Shown: positions 37,488 through 48,488 of the stretch, in pieces | Layout of the letters: each line of letters begins with the position of its first letter | How positions within the stretch are numbered: position 1 is the first letter of the stretch | Source: Chryseotalea sanaruensis | GTDB lineage: Bacteria; Bacteroidota; Bacteroidia; Cytophagales; Cyclobacteriaceae | Direction: 5' to 3' | DNA: 64,000 nt | Assembly: GCF_003990915.1 (NCBI RefSeq) | Contig: NZ_BHXQ01000001.1 | Location: forward strand, 177,402 to 241,401 | The notes under the pieces: model-generated | What the model was told of the DNA's origin: nothing | Seen by the model: only the letters and a program-made list of their open reading frames with translations | Database searches by the model: none | Translations under genes and position numbers: made by a program

Positions 37488-38036
37488 ATGGAACGAATGA
37501 ACTTACCGGAGAGCCTGGAATCTGAACGACTCTTGTTTCAGCGGCTAAGGTACGAAGATGCTGAGGAAATTTTTTACGCTTATGCCAGCAAAGCTGAGGC
37601 AACTCGTTTTGTTTCCTTTGCAACCCATAAGGATATAAGAGACACGCGTACCTATCTTCGCTATGCTAAAAATGCCTGGGATATGGGCCTGGATTATACT
37701 TATTCTATCCGATTAAAGGAGAATAGTCAACTCATTGGTAGTTATGGTATTGTCAATGAAATGGGAAGGGTTCAGTTTGGGTACATTTTAAGTCCGATGC
37801 ATTGGGGTAATGGCTATGCAACAGAGGCCTGTTTACGCATAACCAGTCTTTTAAAAACACAACCTGGTGTCTACAGAATTGGCTCCTTTGTGGATCAGGA
37901 ACACACTGCCTCTTCAAGGGTTTTAGAAAAATCCGGATATAGCTGCGAAGGCATATTTAAAAACTGGATCAGGTTCCCTAATCAGGATAATCAGGATAAT
38001 CAGGCTAAAGACTGTAAAGTTTACGTTCTGCTTTAA
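37488..38036 (+). CDS. GNAT-family N-acetyltransferase (RimJ/RimL-like)
   Basis: 'FGYILSPMHWGNGYATEACLRI' acetyl-CoA-binding motif. Length 182 aa. Confidence 0.8.
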   Translation: MERMNLPESLESERLLFQRLRYEDAEEIFYAYASKAEATRFVSFATHKDIRDTRTYLRYAKNAWDMGLDYTYSIRLKENSQLIGSYGIVNEMGRVQFGYILSPMHWGNGYATEACLRITSLLKTQPGVYRIGSFVDQEHTASSRVLEKSGYSCEGIFKNWIRFPNQDNQDNQAKDCKVYVLL

Positions 38037-38500
38037 AGTATAGTGAAAACCTTTTTTTCAAAATCAGGAAGCTTGATCTTGTCAATCAAATCCTTCTCTA
38101 TTTGATCTGCCCAGGTATTCAGATATAGAATTACATCTACCTTTTTGTTGTGTGTTAGGTTACGTTGCTCAAGTGGCAAGGCCCGCAGTACTTTACCGTC
38201 AGATAGTCGTTCGAGGTTTTTAAGATCCTCAGAATCAAAACCGAAGGCGATTAATTCACTAATCAGCTCATCAAAGGGCAGGCCGCTGGTAGGGCAGTAG
38301 TCATTCAACTGCTCACTCCAATCACCATAGCGCTGCATAGCCCTGGCGTGAATTTCCTCTTTCCTGAATTGTGTTACTTCCTGTGCCAGAAAGCCACAAT
38401 TACAGGCGCCCATGTGCCCCCACTGGTAGTTGGTACTGTTTGACAGCTTATTGGCTGTTTTGCGAAGCGCTTCGATAAGTTCTACTGATGCCTTTGCCAT
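38033..38500 (-). CDS. Hypothetical protein
   Basis: Clean 155 aa ORF overlapping the GNAT gene stop by 4 bp (convergent). No motif recognised. Confidence 0.45.
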   Translation of the reverse strand: MAKASVELIEALRKTANKLSNSTNYQWGHMGACNCGFLAQEVTQFRKEEIHARAMQRYGDWSEQLNDYCPTSGLPFDELISELIAFGFDSEDLKNLERLSDGKVLRALPLEQRNLTHNKKVDVILYLNTWADQIEKDLIDKIKLPDFEKKVFTIL

Positions 38501-38595
38501 AATTCCTGATTTTCTGTTTAAACAAAGAATTGGCTATGAAGTTATGGCTAAAGCGGCATATATTTAATCATCAATCATCTCCTAATATCGAAGAA

Positions 38596-40653
38596 ATGAA
38601 GAAGATAGTCATTGTATTAAGCGGTATGCTGGCTTTAGCAGCCTGTACCTCAGAAAAAGAAACTAAACTGCCACAAGGTGTGGGTATCGATGTGAGTAAC
38701 ATGGACACCACAGTAAGACCGGGTGACGACTTTTTTAAATTCGTAAATGGCGGCTGGGAAGCCAAAAGCACTATACCTGGAGACCTCGGCTCATGGGGAA
38801 GCTTTACCGAATTACGTGAATCGAATCAACAAGTACTGCTCGATATTTTAAAGAAGGCCGCGGCCGATACCAAGTATCCAGAAGGCTCAGATCAGCGAAA
38901 AGCTGCTGATTTTTACGCAGTGGGTATGGATTCGTTGCTGGCAGAACAGGCTGGTGTAAATGTATTAAAACCCTATCTTTCAAAGATTGAAGCAATAAAG
39001 AATAAGTCCCAGATTCAGAGTTACTTAACCGATGATATGTTAACTGGTAGTAATGCCTTTTTCGGACTCTTTATTTTATCAGATTTACAGAACAGTGAAA
39101 AGATAGTGCCTTACTTGGGATCCGGTGGTCTAGGTTTACCTGAGCGTGATTACTACTTAAAAACAGATGCGAAGTCAAAAGAAATACGCGACCGTTATGT
39201 TAAACACATTGCCAATTTATTTGAGTTGGCCGGTGCTTCTGAAACGGAGGCAAAACGCAATAGTGAGCTGGTTTTAAAACTAGAAACACAGTTGGCCAAG
39301 TCAATGCTGACAAAAGAAGAGAGCCGTGATCCTTATAATTTGTATCATCCCAAATCTATAGAGGAGTTGTATAAGCTTACGCCTTCGGTGGATTGGAAGA
39401 GCTACTTTACAACCCTGGGTATGGTGGCAGCCGATACCATTATTGTTACCGAACCAGCGTATATGGTTGAGTATGAGAAGATCGTAAGCACCTTTAAAAT
39501 AGAAGATGTTAAAACCTATTTGAAGGCCACCTTATTGAGAAAGGCCGCGCCTTTAATGAGCAATGCCTTTGTTGAAGAGTCCTTTGACTTTAACAGAAGA
39601 TATCTGGCAGGCGTTGAGCAAATCCGTCCAAGATGGAAGCGTGTGCTTGACATGACTAACAATGTGTTAGGTGATGCGATCGGTCAACTTTATGTGGAGG
39701 AGACTTTCCCACCTGAAGCCAAACAAAAAGCGATGGCCATGGTAGAGAACATTAAGCTGGCTTTTGCTGACAGGATAAAGCAACTGGATTGGATGACAGA
39801 CTCAACCAAAGAAATGGCGCTCAAGAAGTTAAGTACCTTCACCGTAAAAATAGGTTACCCTGAAAAATTCAAAGACTATGTTGGGCTTCCTGTAAGTAAA
39901 GATCCGGAAACAGCCTCTTACTTTCAGAACGTGATGAATGCCAATGCTTATGAAAGCAAGCGGGAGTTTGCCAAACTCGGCAAGCCGGTTGACAGATCAG
40001 AGTGGCAAATGACACCACAAACTATCAACGCTTATTACAACCCACTCTTTAATGAGATCGTATTCCCCGCAGGAATTCTCCAGCCACCTTTCTATGATTA
40101 CCGAGCAGATGAGGCAGTCAACTATGGGGGTATTGGTGCAGTAATTGGCCACGAGATTTCCCACGGCTTTGATGATCAGGGGGCCAAGTTTGACTCATTT
40201 GGTAATTTGAAAAACTGGTTCAAGAAAGTTGATTATGACAATTTCGAGCAAAAGGGCAAAGCCCTGGCTACTCAATTTGATAAGTACGAACCCCTTCCCG
40301 GAGTTTTTGTTCAAGGTCAGTTCACCTTAGGCGAAAACATTGGTGACCTCGGAGGTGTAACGGTTGCTTATGATGGTCTACAGCGTTTCTTGCGCGAGAA
40401 TCCAGATAAGAATCCTGGTAAGATTGATGGCTACACGCCTGAGCAACGCTTCTTCATTTCATGGGCCACAATATGGAGAGTGAAGTATCGCGATGAGACG
40501 TTGAGAACTCAGGTTTTAACCGATCCACACTCACCAGGTATGTACAGAGCTAATGGTCCTTTAACTAATATTCCTTATTTCTATGATGCCTTTGGCGTGA
40601 AAGAAGGGGATAAGATGTTTAAGCCTGAAGCAGAACGGGTTAAAATTTGGTAA
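38596..40653 (+). CDS. M13-family zinc metallopeptidase (neprilysin/PepO-like lipoprotein)
   Basis: The ORF opens at 38530. The likely start is 'MKKIVIVLSGMLALAACT' (lipobox). Motifs 'NAYYNP', 'HEISHGFDDQG', 'GENIGDLGG'. Confidence 0.85.
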   Translation: MKKIVIVLSGMLALAACTSEKETKLPQGVGIDVSNMDTTVRPGDDFFKFVNGGWEAKSTIPGDLGSWGSFTELRESNQQVLLDILKKAAADTKYPEGSDQRKAADFYAVGMDSLLAEQAGVNVLKPYLSKIEAIKNKSQIQSYLTDDMLTGSNAFFGLFILSDLQNSEKIVPYLGSGGLGLPERDYYLKTDAKSKEIRDRYVKHIANLFELAGASETEAKRNSELVLKLETQLAKSMLTKEESRDPYNLYHPKSIEELYKLTPSVDWKSYFTTLGMVAADTIIVTEPAYMVEYEKIVSTFKIEDVKTYLKATLLRKAAPLMSNAFVEESFDFNRRYLAGVEQIRPRWKRVLDMTNNVLGDAIGQLYVEETFPPEAKQKAMAMVENIKLAFADRIKQLDWMTDSTKEMALKKLSTFTVKIGYPEKFKDYVGLPVSKDPETASYFQNVMNANAYESKREFAKLGKPVDRSEWQMTPQTINAYYNPLFNEIVFPAGILQPPFYDYRADEAVNYGGIGAVIGHEISHGFDDQGAKFDSFGNLKNWFKKVDYDNFEQKGKALATQFDKYEPLPGVFVQGQFTLGENIGDLGGVTVAYDGLQRFLRENPDKNPGKIDGYTPEQRFFISWATIWRVKYRDETLRTQVLTDPHSPGMYRANGPLTNIPYFYDAFGVKEGDKMFKPEAERVKIW

Positions 40654-40732
40654 AGTGACTCTGAAATTTTGAACCTGAAATTTGTAATTTGGATTTGCGG
40701 TTGTATTATTGCCCCGTATTTATAAAAACCCT

Positions 40733-40909
40733 ATGGGAAGAGGAGATAAAAAAACAGCAAAAGGTAAAAGAACCATTGGTTCTTTTGGTAAAGCTAGAAA
40801 TAGACAGACTATTAAGGCTAAATTGAAGCGTACAGCTTCTAAAAAGAGTGCAGATGCGCCTGCAACACCTGCCAAAGCAAAAAAAGCAGCTCGTAAGAAG
40901 GCTGAATAA
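40733..40909 (+). CDS. Thx-like small ribosomal protein with Lys/Ala-rich C-terminal tail
   Basis: 'MGRGDKKTAKGKRTIGSFGKARNRQ' resembles Bacteroidota ribosomal protein THX. The C-terminal extension is 'ASKKSADAPATPAKAKKAARKKAE'. The ORF opens at 40709. Confidence 0.45.
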   Translation: MGRGDKKTAKGKRTIGSFGKARNRQTIKAKLKRTASKKSADAPATPAKAKKAARKKAE

Positions 40910-41012
40910 ATTTTAGATATGATTCAAGTAGTAAACATAGCATGGTGGTGGCATGGATCGAACTCCGATCGGTGCAAGGCTATGCTCTAATGTTTACAAA
41001 TAAATAATTTGT

Positions 41013-41050
41013 AAAGGCCTGTTCCGATCAACGGAACAGGCCTTTTTGTT
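41013..41050 (+). terminator. Rho-independent terminator
   Basis: 'ggcctgttccg-atcaa-cggaacaggcc' followed by 'tttttgtttt'. Confidence 0.75.
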
Positions 41051-41069
41051 TTATCGCAATTGAAAAATA

Positions 41070-42479
41070 ATGAAGAAGTTTAAACTGAAAACGCAGGAAC
41101 GAAAACTATTGGCAGATACACTCACCCCCGTGAATATCTACCTGAAGCTACGTGATGTTTTTGCAGGAAGCATATTATTAGAGAGCTCCGATTATCATGG
41201 CAATGAGAATAGCTTGTCATTTATATGCAGTGATCCCATCGCTTCTTTCATAGTAGATCAGGAAAAGGTTAATATTCGATACCCAGATGGAAGCAGGGGG
41301 GTAAAAGAAAATACAGTGGATGTATTGAAAACCCTTGAAGATTTTACCCAAGCTTTTGAGGCCGATAAAAATCTTGTAAGCCGCTATAATCCCTCTGGTC
41401 TTTTCGGCTATACGACTTACGATGCCATACGTTTCTTTGAGTCAGTTACAATTGACAAGAAGGAGAGCCGAATACCTGACATCCTTTATAAACTCTACCG
41501 TTATGTCATTGTTGTTGACCACTTTTCAAATGAGCTAACTTTGTTTGCACACAGTGTAGAAGGAGAAGTCAATCCGATAGACCCACAAGCCCTCAACAAA
41601 TTGCAACAGATCATTTACAGCAATAAAGTATCCACCTACTCTTTTATTAGAGAAAGCGAGGAGGTTTCGAATGTGACTGACGAGGAGTTTCTACAGATGG
41701 TTGAGCAGGGAAAGCAACATTGCTATAGAGGTGATGTTTTTCAAATTGTACTTTCCAGAAGGTTTACCTCACGCTTTCGTGGAGATGAGTTTAACGTATA
41801 CCGGGCTTTGAGATCCATTAATCCATCACCTTATCTTTTTTATTTCGATTATGGCAATTTCCGGTTAATGGGTTCTTCGCCAGAAGCACAAATACAAATT
41901 GCCAATGGAAGGGCGCACATTTATCCCATAGCCGGCACCTTTCGCAGAACAGGTAATGATCAGGAAGACCTCGCTTTAGCTGAACAATTAACCAAAGATG
42001 AAAAAGAGAACGCTGAACATGTCATGTTGGTCGACCTGGCACGCAATGATATGAGTCGCCACGCAGAACAAGTAAGCGTAGAAGTATTTAAAGAAGTACA
42101 ATTCTACTCACATGTTATTCACTTGGTATCTAAAGTAAGTGGTGTATTGAAAGAGGGAAGCTCTGCAATACAAATGGCGGTGGACACCTTTCCGGCCGGG
42201 ACTTTATCAGGTGCACCCAAATACAAGGCCATGACCCTGATTAACCAGTATGAAAATGTAAACCGTTCTTTTTACGGAGGGGCTATTGGTTTTATAGGTT
42301 TCAACGGTAGTTTTAATCATGCCATTATGATCCGGACATTTTTAAGTAAACAAAACCAATTGATTTGTCAGGCAGGCGCGGGCATTGTTGCCAAGTCCGA
42401 TGCAGCCAGCGAATTGCAGGAAGTAAACAATAAACTAAGTGCCTTGCGCAAGGCCCTGGATATGGCCACTACTATTTAA
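41070..42479 (+). CDS. trpE: Anthranilate synthase component I
   Basis: Chorismate-binding domain 'LVDLARNDMSRH', 'GTLSGAPK', 'GGAIGFIGFNGSFNHAIMIRT'. Confidence 0.9.
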   Translation: MKKFKLKTQERKLLADTLTPVNIYLKLRDVFAGSILLESSDYHGNENSLSFICSDPIASFIVDQEKVNIRYPDGSRGVKENTVDVLKTLEDFTQAFEADKNLVSRYNPSGLFGYTTYDAIRFFESVTIDKKESRIPDILYKLYRYVIVVDHFSNELTLFAHSVEGEVNPIDPQALNKLQQIIYSNKVSTYSFIRESEEVSNVTDEEFLQMVEQGKQHCYRGDVFQIVLSRRFTSRFRGDEFNVYRALRSINPSPYLFYFDYGNFRLMGSSPEAQIQIANGRAHIYPIAGTFRRTGNDQEDLALAEQLTKDEKENAEHVMLVDLARNDMSRHAEQVSVEVFKEVQFYSHVIHLVSKVSGVLKEGSSAIQMAVDTFPAGTLSGAPKYKAMTLINQYENVNRSFYGGAIGFIGFNGSFNHAIMIRTFLSKQNQLICQAGAGIVAKSDAASELQEVNNKLSALRKALDMATTI

Positions 42480-42490
42480 GAAATACGTTT

Positions 42491-43057
42491 ATGAAAATAT
42501 TAGTACTTGATAATTACGATTCCTTCACCTACAATCTGGTGCACATCCTTCGCGCCTTAGGCCATGCGCCTTCCATTTTTCGAAATGATGCCATTAAGGT
42601 GGAGGAGGTGAAAAACTACGACAAGATTTTACTTTCACCCGGTCCCGGTATTCCAAACGAAGCAGGCATTATGAAAGAAGTAATCAAGACCTATGCACCC
42701 ACCAAAAGTATTTTAGGTGTTTGCCTGGGTCATCAAGGTATTGCAGAAGTGTTTGGTGCTTCCTTATTTAACATCCCTAAAGTGTTGCATGGTGTAACAT
42801 CTGTTTCTACCATCACCGATAAAGACGATTATCTCTTTAAAGATTTTGATAATACTTTTCAGTCTACCCATTATCACTCATGGGCAGTAAAACCTGAAAC
42901 CATTCCTTCAAGCATGAAAGTAAGTGCTGTAAATCCAGAGGGTTTAATTATGGCTTTGTATCACACACAATTTGATGTGCGTGGTGTACAATTTCATCCG
43001 GAGTCTATTATGACACCCGAAGGGCCACGCATGATTAAAAATTGGTTAGCCCACTAA
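42491..43057 (+). CDS. trpG: Anthranilate synthase component II (glutamine amidotransferase)
   Basis: 'ILGVCLGHQGI' catalytic Cys. 'GVQFHPES' His/Glu. Confidence 0.9.
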   Translation: MKILVLDNYDSFTYNLVHILRALGHAPSIFRNDAIKVEEVKNYDKILLSPGPGIPNEAGIMKEVIKTYAPTKSILGVCLGHQGIAEVFGASLFNIPKVLHGVTSVSTITDKDDYLFKDFDNTFQSTHYHSWAVKPETIPSSMKVSAVNPEGLIMALYHTQFDVRGVQFHPESIMTPEGPRMIKNWLAH

Positions 43058-43066
43058 TTCCTAGCT

Positions 43067-44059
43067 ATGAAAAAAGTAATCAATGAATTAATCGATCATC
43101 AGTCACTTGATAAAGCCAGCGCCAGACAGGTATTAATCGATATGGCATCAGGTCAATATAACCCAAGTCAGGTAGCCTCTTTCATTACGGTGTACATGAT
43201 GCGCAGCATTACTGTGGCCGAACTGGAGGGTTTTCGCGATGCCATGCTTGAATTATGTATACCTGTTCATTTTGAGGAGCCGGTGATGGACGTGTGTGGA
43301 ACAGGAGGAGATGGAAAGAATACCTTTAACATTTCCACTTTATCCAGTTTTATCGTAGCAGCGGCAGGTCAACCCGTTGCCAAGCATGGTAACTATGGTG
43401 TTTCATCGGTAAGTGGTTCATCTAATATTTTAGAGCACTTCGGGTTCAAATTCTCCAATGACATTAATCTATTGAAACGCAGTGTGGCAGAAGCCAATAT
43501 CTGTTTTATGCATGCTCCGTTGTTTCATCCAGCATTAAAAAACGTAGCCCCAATACGCAAAGAGCTCGGTGTAAAAACTTTCTTCAACATGTTAGGGCCT
43601 ATGATTAATCCAGCTTTTCCAAGTAAGCAATTAGTAGGAGTGTTTAATCTTGAGTTGGCAAGACAATATGCCTATATCTATCAGCAAACACAGAAGGACT
43701 TTCTAATTGTGCATGCGTTGGATGGCTACGATGAAGTTTCACTCACCGGAGGCTTTAAGTTTTATAGTAATGAAGGTGAGCATCAATTCGAGCCGGAAGA
43801 TTTAGGACTTAGCCGCCTAATGCAAAGTGATATCGGAGGAGGGGCTTCAGTTGAAGCATCGGCACAGATCTTTACAAAGATTTTGTCTGGCGAGGGCACA
43901 CAAGCACAAAACGAAGTGGTATTAGTCAATGCAGGCTTAGCTTTGTATGCAGCCAACCGTTCTAAAAGTCTGGAACAGTGTATAGGAGAAGCAAAAGAAG
44001 CATTGATGTCCGGACGCGCCATGAAAACATTTAAAAAATTAATCAGTTTACAGCCATAA
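43067..44059 (+). CDS. trpD: Anthranilate phosphoribosyltransferase
   Basis: 'MDVCGTGGDGKNTFNISTLSSFIVAAAG' and 'KHGNYGVSS'. Confidence 0.9.
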   Translation: MKKVINELIDHQSLDKASARQVLIDMASGQYNPSQVASFITVYMMRSITVAELEGFRDAMLELCIPVHFEEPVMDVCGTGGDGKNTFNISTLSSFIVAAAGQPVAKHGNYGVSSVSGSSNILEHFGFKFSNDINLLKRSVAEANICFMHAPLFHPALKNVAPIRKELGVKTFFNMLGPMINPAFPSKQLVGVFNLELARQYAYIYQQTQKDFLIVHALDGYDEVSLTGGFKFYSNEGEHQFEPEDLGLSRLMQSDIGGGASVEASAQIFTKILSGEGTQAQNEVVLVNAGLALYAANRSKSLEQCIGEAKEALMSGRAMKTFKKLISLQP

Positions 44060-44066
44060 GTTTGAT

Positions 44067-44849
44067 ATGAATATTTTAGATAAGATTGTAGTAGTGAAAC
44101 AGAAAGAGGTAGAGGAAAGAAAATCACTTTATCCGGTTAAGTTATTAGAAAGTAGTTTATACTTTTCTTCGCCAACCGTTTCCCTCAAGAAATATTTATT
44201 ACGACCAGATAAATCAGGGATCATTGCCGAGATTAAACGCAAGTCACCTTCTAAAGGCGACATCAATCCCTATGTGTCCATCGAACGAACTTCCATTGGG
44301 TACATGCAGGCGGGTGCCTCTGCTTTATCTATTCTAACCGACAAGGATTTTTTTGGTGGTAGTGCTGATGACCTGAAAGTAGCACGTAAGTTTAACTTTT
44401 GTCCTATACTCCGTAAAGATTTTATCATTGATGAATACCAGATCATAGAAGCTAAATCCATTGGGGCAGATGTGATTTTATTAATAGCCGCCATTCTTAC
44501 ACCGGAGCAGGTTAAGCAGCTGGCTGCATTTGCTATGTCACTTGGCATGGAAGTATTACTGGAAGTGCACGATGAAGCAGAACTTCACGCCAATATGGAT
44601 GCAGGCATTGCATTAGTAGGCGTGAATAACCGTAACCTCAAAACATTTGAAGTGGATATCAATACTTCCAAGCGATTAAGTGAGCTCATGCCTAAAGAAG
44701 TGGTCGCTGTATCGGAGAGTGGCATTGATAACCCGGCCCTGATTAAAGAATTAAAAACTTTTGGTTACAAAGGCTTTTTAATTGGTGAAACATTTATGAA
44801 AAACAGTCGACCAGAGTTGGCGGCCAAAGAATTTATAGCACAACTCTGA
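44067..44849 (+). CDS. trpC: Indole-3-glycerol phosphate synthase
   Basis: 'IIAEIKRKSPSKGDI', 'ILRKDFIIDEYQIIEAKSIGADVILLI', 'GVNNRNLKTFEVD'. Confidence 0.9.
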   Translation: MNILDKIVVVKQKEVEERKSLYPVKLLESSLYFSSPTVSLKKYLLRPDKSGIIAEIKRKSPSKGDINPYVSIERTSIGYMQAGASALSILTDKDFFGGSADDLKVARKFNFCPILRKDFIIDEYQIIEAKSIGADVILLIAAILTPEQVKQLAAFAMSLGMEVLLEVHDEAELHANMDAGIALVGVNNRNLKTFEVDINTSKRLSELMPKEVVAVSESGIDNPALIKELKTFGYKGFLIGETFMKNSRPELAAKEFIAQL

Positions 44850-44850
44850 T

Positions 44851-45471
44851 ATGTCGCTGTTAGTCAAGGTTTGTGGAATGCGTGAAGCACAGAACTGTCA
44901 GGCAGTGACAAGTTGCAAACCAGATCTGATGGGTTTTATCTTCTATGAAAAGTCACCTCGCTTTGTAGGGCATAACTTTACCATGCCTGAATTGTTAAGC
45001 AATGATGTGAAACGAGTAGGTGTTTTTGTGAATGAAAGTGTTGATGAAATGGTAAAGTTGGCAGACCAGCATCGATTGGATTTTGTTCAGTTGCATGGAG
45101 ATGAAAATGCTGACTTTGCTAAAGCACTTTATGAAAAACATATTAAAGTGATAAAAGCATTCAGGGTTGACGAGCATTTTGATTTTAACACTACACAAAG
45201 CTATACACCTTATGTTGATTATTTTCTTTTCGATACGAAGGGTCAGCATTATGGCGGTAATGCCATGCGCTTTAATTGGGATTTACTTCAGCAATACAAA
45301 GGTAAAACTCCTTTTTTGTTAAGTGGTGGTATCAAGCAGGAACATATGAACGAAGTAAGCGCATTCAAACATTCGCAATTTGTGGGTATAGATATTAATA
45401 GTGGGGTAGAGCTTAGTCCAGGAGTAAAAAGCATTGAAAAAGTAAAAGAAATTATACAAGAACTAAACTGA
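44851..45471 (+). CDS. trpF: Phosphoribosylanthranilate isomerase
   Basis: 'LVKVCGMRE', 'DFVQLHGDE', 'LLSGGI'. Confidence 0.85.
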   Translation: MSLLVKVCGMREAQNCQAVTSCKPDLMGFIFYEKSPRFVGHNFTMPELLSNDVKRVGVFVNESVDEMVKLADQHRLDFVQLHGDENADFAKALYEKHIKVIKAFRVDEHFDFNTTQSYTPYVDYFLFDTKGQHYGGNAMRFNWDLLQQYKGKTPFLLSGGIKQEHMNEVSAFKHSQFVGIDINSGVELSPGVKSIEKVKEIIQELN

Positions 45472-46659
45472 TTGGTGATGAAGTATGCAGTAACAGATGA
45501 AGGCTACTATGGTAATTTCGGAGGTGCTTACATTCCGGAAATGTTATATCCGAATGTTGAAGAATTACGGGAGCGTTATCTTGACATCATAGGTCAATCT
45601 TCTTTTCAAGAGGAGTTCAATAAACTACTTAAGGATTTTGTGGGCAGGCCAACTCCCTTGTTTTTGGCTAATCGTTTGTCAGAAAAATATAAGGCCAGCA
45701 TTTACCTGAAACGTGAAGACCTTTGTCATACAGGAGCGCACAAGGTGAACAATACCATCGGGCAGATTCTAGTTGCAAAAGCATTGGGTAAGAGTAAAAT
45801 TATTGCAGAGACTGGTGCAGGCCAGCATGGCGTAGCAACGGCAACCGTTTGTGCTCTGATGGGTATGGATTGTATCGTGTACATGGGTAAGCACGACATG
45901 GAACGACAAAAACCCAATGTAGAGCGTATGCGTATTTTGGGTGCCAAGGTAGTACCAGCATTGAGTGGTAGCATGACTTTAAAAGATGCCACTAACGAAG
46001 CCATGCGTCATTGGATCAATAATCCGACTGACACGCATTACATCATCGGCTCAGTCGTTGGTCCCCATCCATATCCTGATATGGTGGCAAGGTTTCAGTC
46101 AGTCATTAGCCAGGAGATTAAGGCACAACTCATACAAGAAATTGGTAATCCTTATCCAGACTATGTGATTGCCTGTGTTGGAGGAGGCAGTAATGCAGCA
46201 GGTGCTTTTTATCATTTCATTAATGAAGAACAGGTTACACTCATAGGAGCAGAGGCTGCCGGGAAGGGGGTCGACTCTGGTGAATCAGCAGCAACCACTG
46301 TATTAGGTAAGCCAGGTGTATTACATGGCAGTAAGACTTTATTGATGCAAACAGCAGATGGTCAGGTGATAGAACCTTACTCCATTTCTGCAGGTTTGGA
46401 TTACCCGGGTATAGGCCCTATGCATGCACACTTATTTGAAACAGGCCGTGCGCAATTTATGAGCATCACCGATGAAGAAGCCATGCTAGCAGGCATTGAG
46501 TTAAGTCGATTGGAAGGAATTATTCCAGCTATAGAAACCGCGCATGCACTGGCTGTATTGGATAAAATGGAATTTGATAAAGATGATGTTGTCGTGATTA
46601 ATTTATCAGGCAGAGGAGATAAAGATTTGGACACCTACATTAAATGGGGAAAATATTAA
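45472..46659 (+). CDS. trpB: Tryptophan synthase beta chain
   Basis: '[12 protein letters not shown]', PLP-lysine '[11 protein letters not shown]', 'GGGSNAAG'. Confidence 0.95.
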   Translation: MVMKYAVTDEGYYGNFGGAYIPEMLYPNVEELRERYLDIIGQSSFQEEFNKLLKDFVGRPTPLFLANRLSEKYKASIYLKREDLCHTGAHKVNNTIGQILVAKALGKSKIIAETGAGQHGVATATVCALMGMDCIVYMGKHDMERQKPNVERMRILGAKVVPALSGSMTLKDATNEAMRHWINNPTDTHYIIGSVVGPHPYPDMVARFQSVISQEIKAQLIQEIGNPYPDYVIACVGGGSNAAGAFYHFINEEQVTLIGAEAAGKGVDSGESAATTVLGKPGVLHGSKTLLMQTADGQVIEPYSISAGLDYPGIGPMHAHLFETGRAQFMSITDEEAMLAGIELSRLEGIIPAIETAHALAVLDKMEFDKDDVVVINLSGRGDKDLDTYIKWGKY

Positions 46660-47447
46660 CCAATATGGAAAACAGATTAAAAACACTTTTTAAGAAAAAA
46701 AGTAAAAACGTACTTTCCATTTTTTATACGGCCGGCTTTCCAACGCATAAGGATACAGTGGCTATAGCTCAATACCTGGAAGCAGCAGGAGCAGACCTTA
46801 TTGAAATTGGTATTCCCTTTTCAGATCCGGTAGCGGATGGTCCAACCATTCAGGCCAGTAACAAAGTTGCTTTAGATGGAGGCATGACTTTACCAATTTT
46901 GCTGGCGCAAGTAAAAGAAATAAGAAAGCAAGTGAAATTACCAATTGTATTGATGGGTTATCTTAACCCGGTAATCCAATATGGTGTAGAACGTTTTATC
47001 AAAGAGGCAAAGGCGGCTGGTGCTGATGGCTTGATATTACCGGATCTACCTTTAGTAGAATTTCAAACGCATTACCAATCCCTGATGCAAGCGGAGGATT
47101 TATGTATGTCATTTTTGATTTCACCCACTACGTCTGAAGAACGTATTTATAAAATTGATGCAGCATCAACTGGATTTGTTTATGCCGTATCTGCTTCCAG
47201 TACTACCGGTGCAAAGGGCGATTTTCAACCTGAACAGCTAGCTTACTTTGAAAAACTTTCAAAACTGAATATGCAAAATCAACATTTGATTGGTTTTGGT
47301 ATTCACGACCATCAGACATTTTCTAAGGCATGTGAATATGGTGCAGGCGCTATTGTAGGCAGTGCTTTCATATCAATGCTGGAGAAGTCAAATGATCTTG
47401 AAAAGGATATACACCTTTTCGTTACCCGTTTAAAAAAAGGAAATTAG
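46644..47447 (+). CDS. trpA: Tryptophan synthase alpha chain
   Basis: '[21 protein letters not shown]' and 'GFGI'. Overlaps trpB by 16 bp. Confidence 0.9.
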   Translation: MGKILTNMENRLKTLFKKKSKNVLSIFYTAGFPTHKDTVAIAQYLEAAGADLIEIGIPFSDPVADGPTIQASNKVALDGGMTLPILLAQVKEIRKQVKLPIVLMGYLNPVIQYGVERFIKEAKAAGADGLILPDLPLVEFQTHYQSLMQAEDLCMSFLISPTTSEERIYKIDAASTGFVYAVSASSTTGAKGDFQPEQLAYFEKLSKLNMQNQHLIGFGIHDHQTFSKACEYGAGAIVGSAFISMLEKSNDLEKDIHLFVTRLKKGN

Positions 47448-47451
47448 TTTT

Positions 47452-48462
47452 ATGATTATACAATTTACACCTTCCGTTACGGCTGAAGAAAAAAGTAATA
47501 TCAACCAATCTGTCACTTCTTTGGGTTATAAATCAACGGAAGTAAAAACGCAATCAGGCCATTACCTTGTTGGTATTGGTAAAAAAGAATTTGACTTACG
47601 CACACTCGGCTATATGCCAGGTATCAAAGACATACACCGTGTGTCGGATGATTATAAACTCGTATCACGTAAATGGAAAGTAGGAAGGTCGCAGTTAAAC
47701 CTGGGTGATGGCGTGGTGATTGGTGAAGGCAATCTTTCTATTATGGCAGGACCGTGCTCCATTGAGAGTGAAGAGCAGGTAGCGCTTACGTTACAACATT
47801 TAAAAGATAATGAGGTGCGCATCATGCGTGGTGGTGTGTTTAAACCAAGAAGTTCACCCTATGCTTTTCGCGGTATGGGTGTTGAAGGATTAAAACTATG
47901 GCATAAACAAGCTAAAGCAGCCGGTATAAAAATTATTACTGAAGTAATGCAGGTAAGCCAAATTGCTGAGATGTATGATTACGTGGATGTGTTTCAAGTT
48001 GGAGCAAGGAATACCCAAAACTTTAATTTGTTAGATGAGTTGGGTAGGGTAGATAAACCGGTTATGATTAAACGAGGGATATCCGGAACGATAGAAGAGC
48101 TTTTGTATTCAGCAGAGTATGTTTTCTCAGCAGGCAATGAAAAACTGATTTTATGTGAACGCGGTATACGCACGTACGAAAAGGCAAGCCGTAATACCAT
48201 GGACATTAACGCTATCCCTATTCTAAAAGAGAAAAGTCATTTGCCCGTTGTGGCAGACCCTTCTCACGGTATTGGTATACGCGAATTTGTAGAACCTGTC
48301 GCTTTAGCTACTTTAATGGCGGGTGCTGATGGTATTATTTATGAGACACATCAGCAGCCTGAGAAGGCAGCCAGTGATGGACAACAAACACTTGATTTTG
48401 CAGAATCAACTGCACTTATTCAAAAGTTGAAGAAGACATATACTTTTTTGCATAGTTTATAA
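47452..48462 (+). CDS. 3-deoxy-7-phosphoheptulonate (DAHP) synthase, type I-beta, with N-terminal ferredoxin-like regulatory domain
   Basis: Catalytic core 'IMAGPCSIESEEQ...RGGVFKPRSSPYAFRGMG...KRG...VADPSHG'. An ~80 aa N-terminal extension resembles Thermotoga-type regulated DAHPS. Last gene of the trp operon. Confidence 0.8.
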   Translation: MIIQFTPSVTAEEKSNINQSVTSLGYKSTEVKTQSGHYLVGIGKKEFDLRTLGYMPGIKDIHRVSDDYKLVSRKWKVGRSQLNLGDGVVIGEGNLSIMAGPCSIESEEQVALTLQHLKDNEVRIMRGGVFKPRSSPYAFRGMGVEGLKLWHKQAKAAGIKIITEVMQVSQIAEMYDYVDVFQVGARNTQNFNLLDELGRVDKPVMIKRGISGTIEELLYSAEYVFSAGNEKLILCERGIRTYEKASRNTMDINAIPILKEKSHLPVVADPSHGIGIREFVEPVALATLMAGADGIIYETHQQPEKAASDGQQTLDFAESTALIQKLKKTYTFLHSL

Positions 48463-48488
48463 GAAGAGAATTTATTAATAGCGCTATA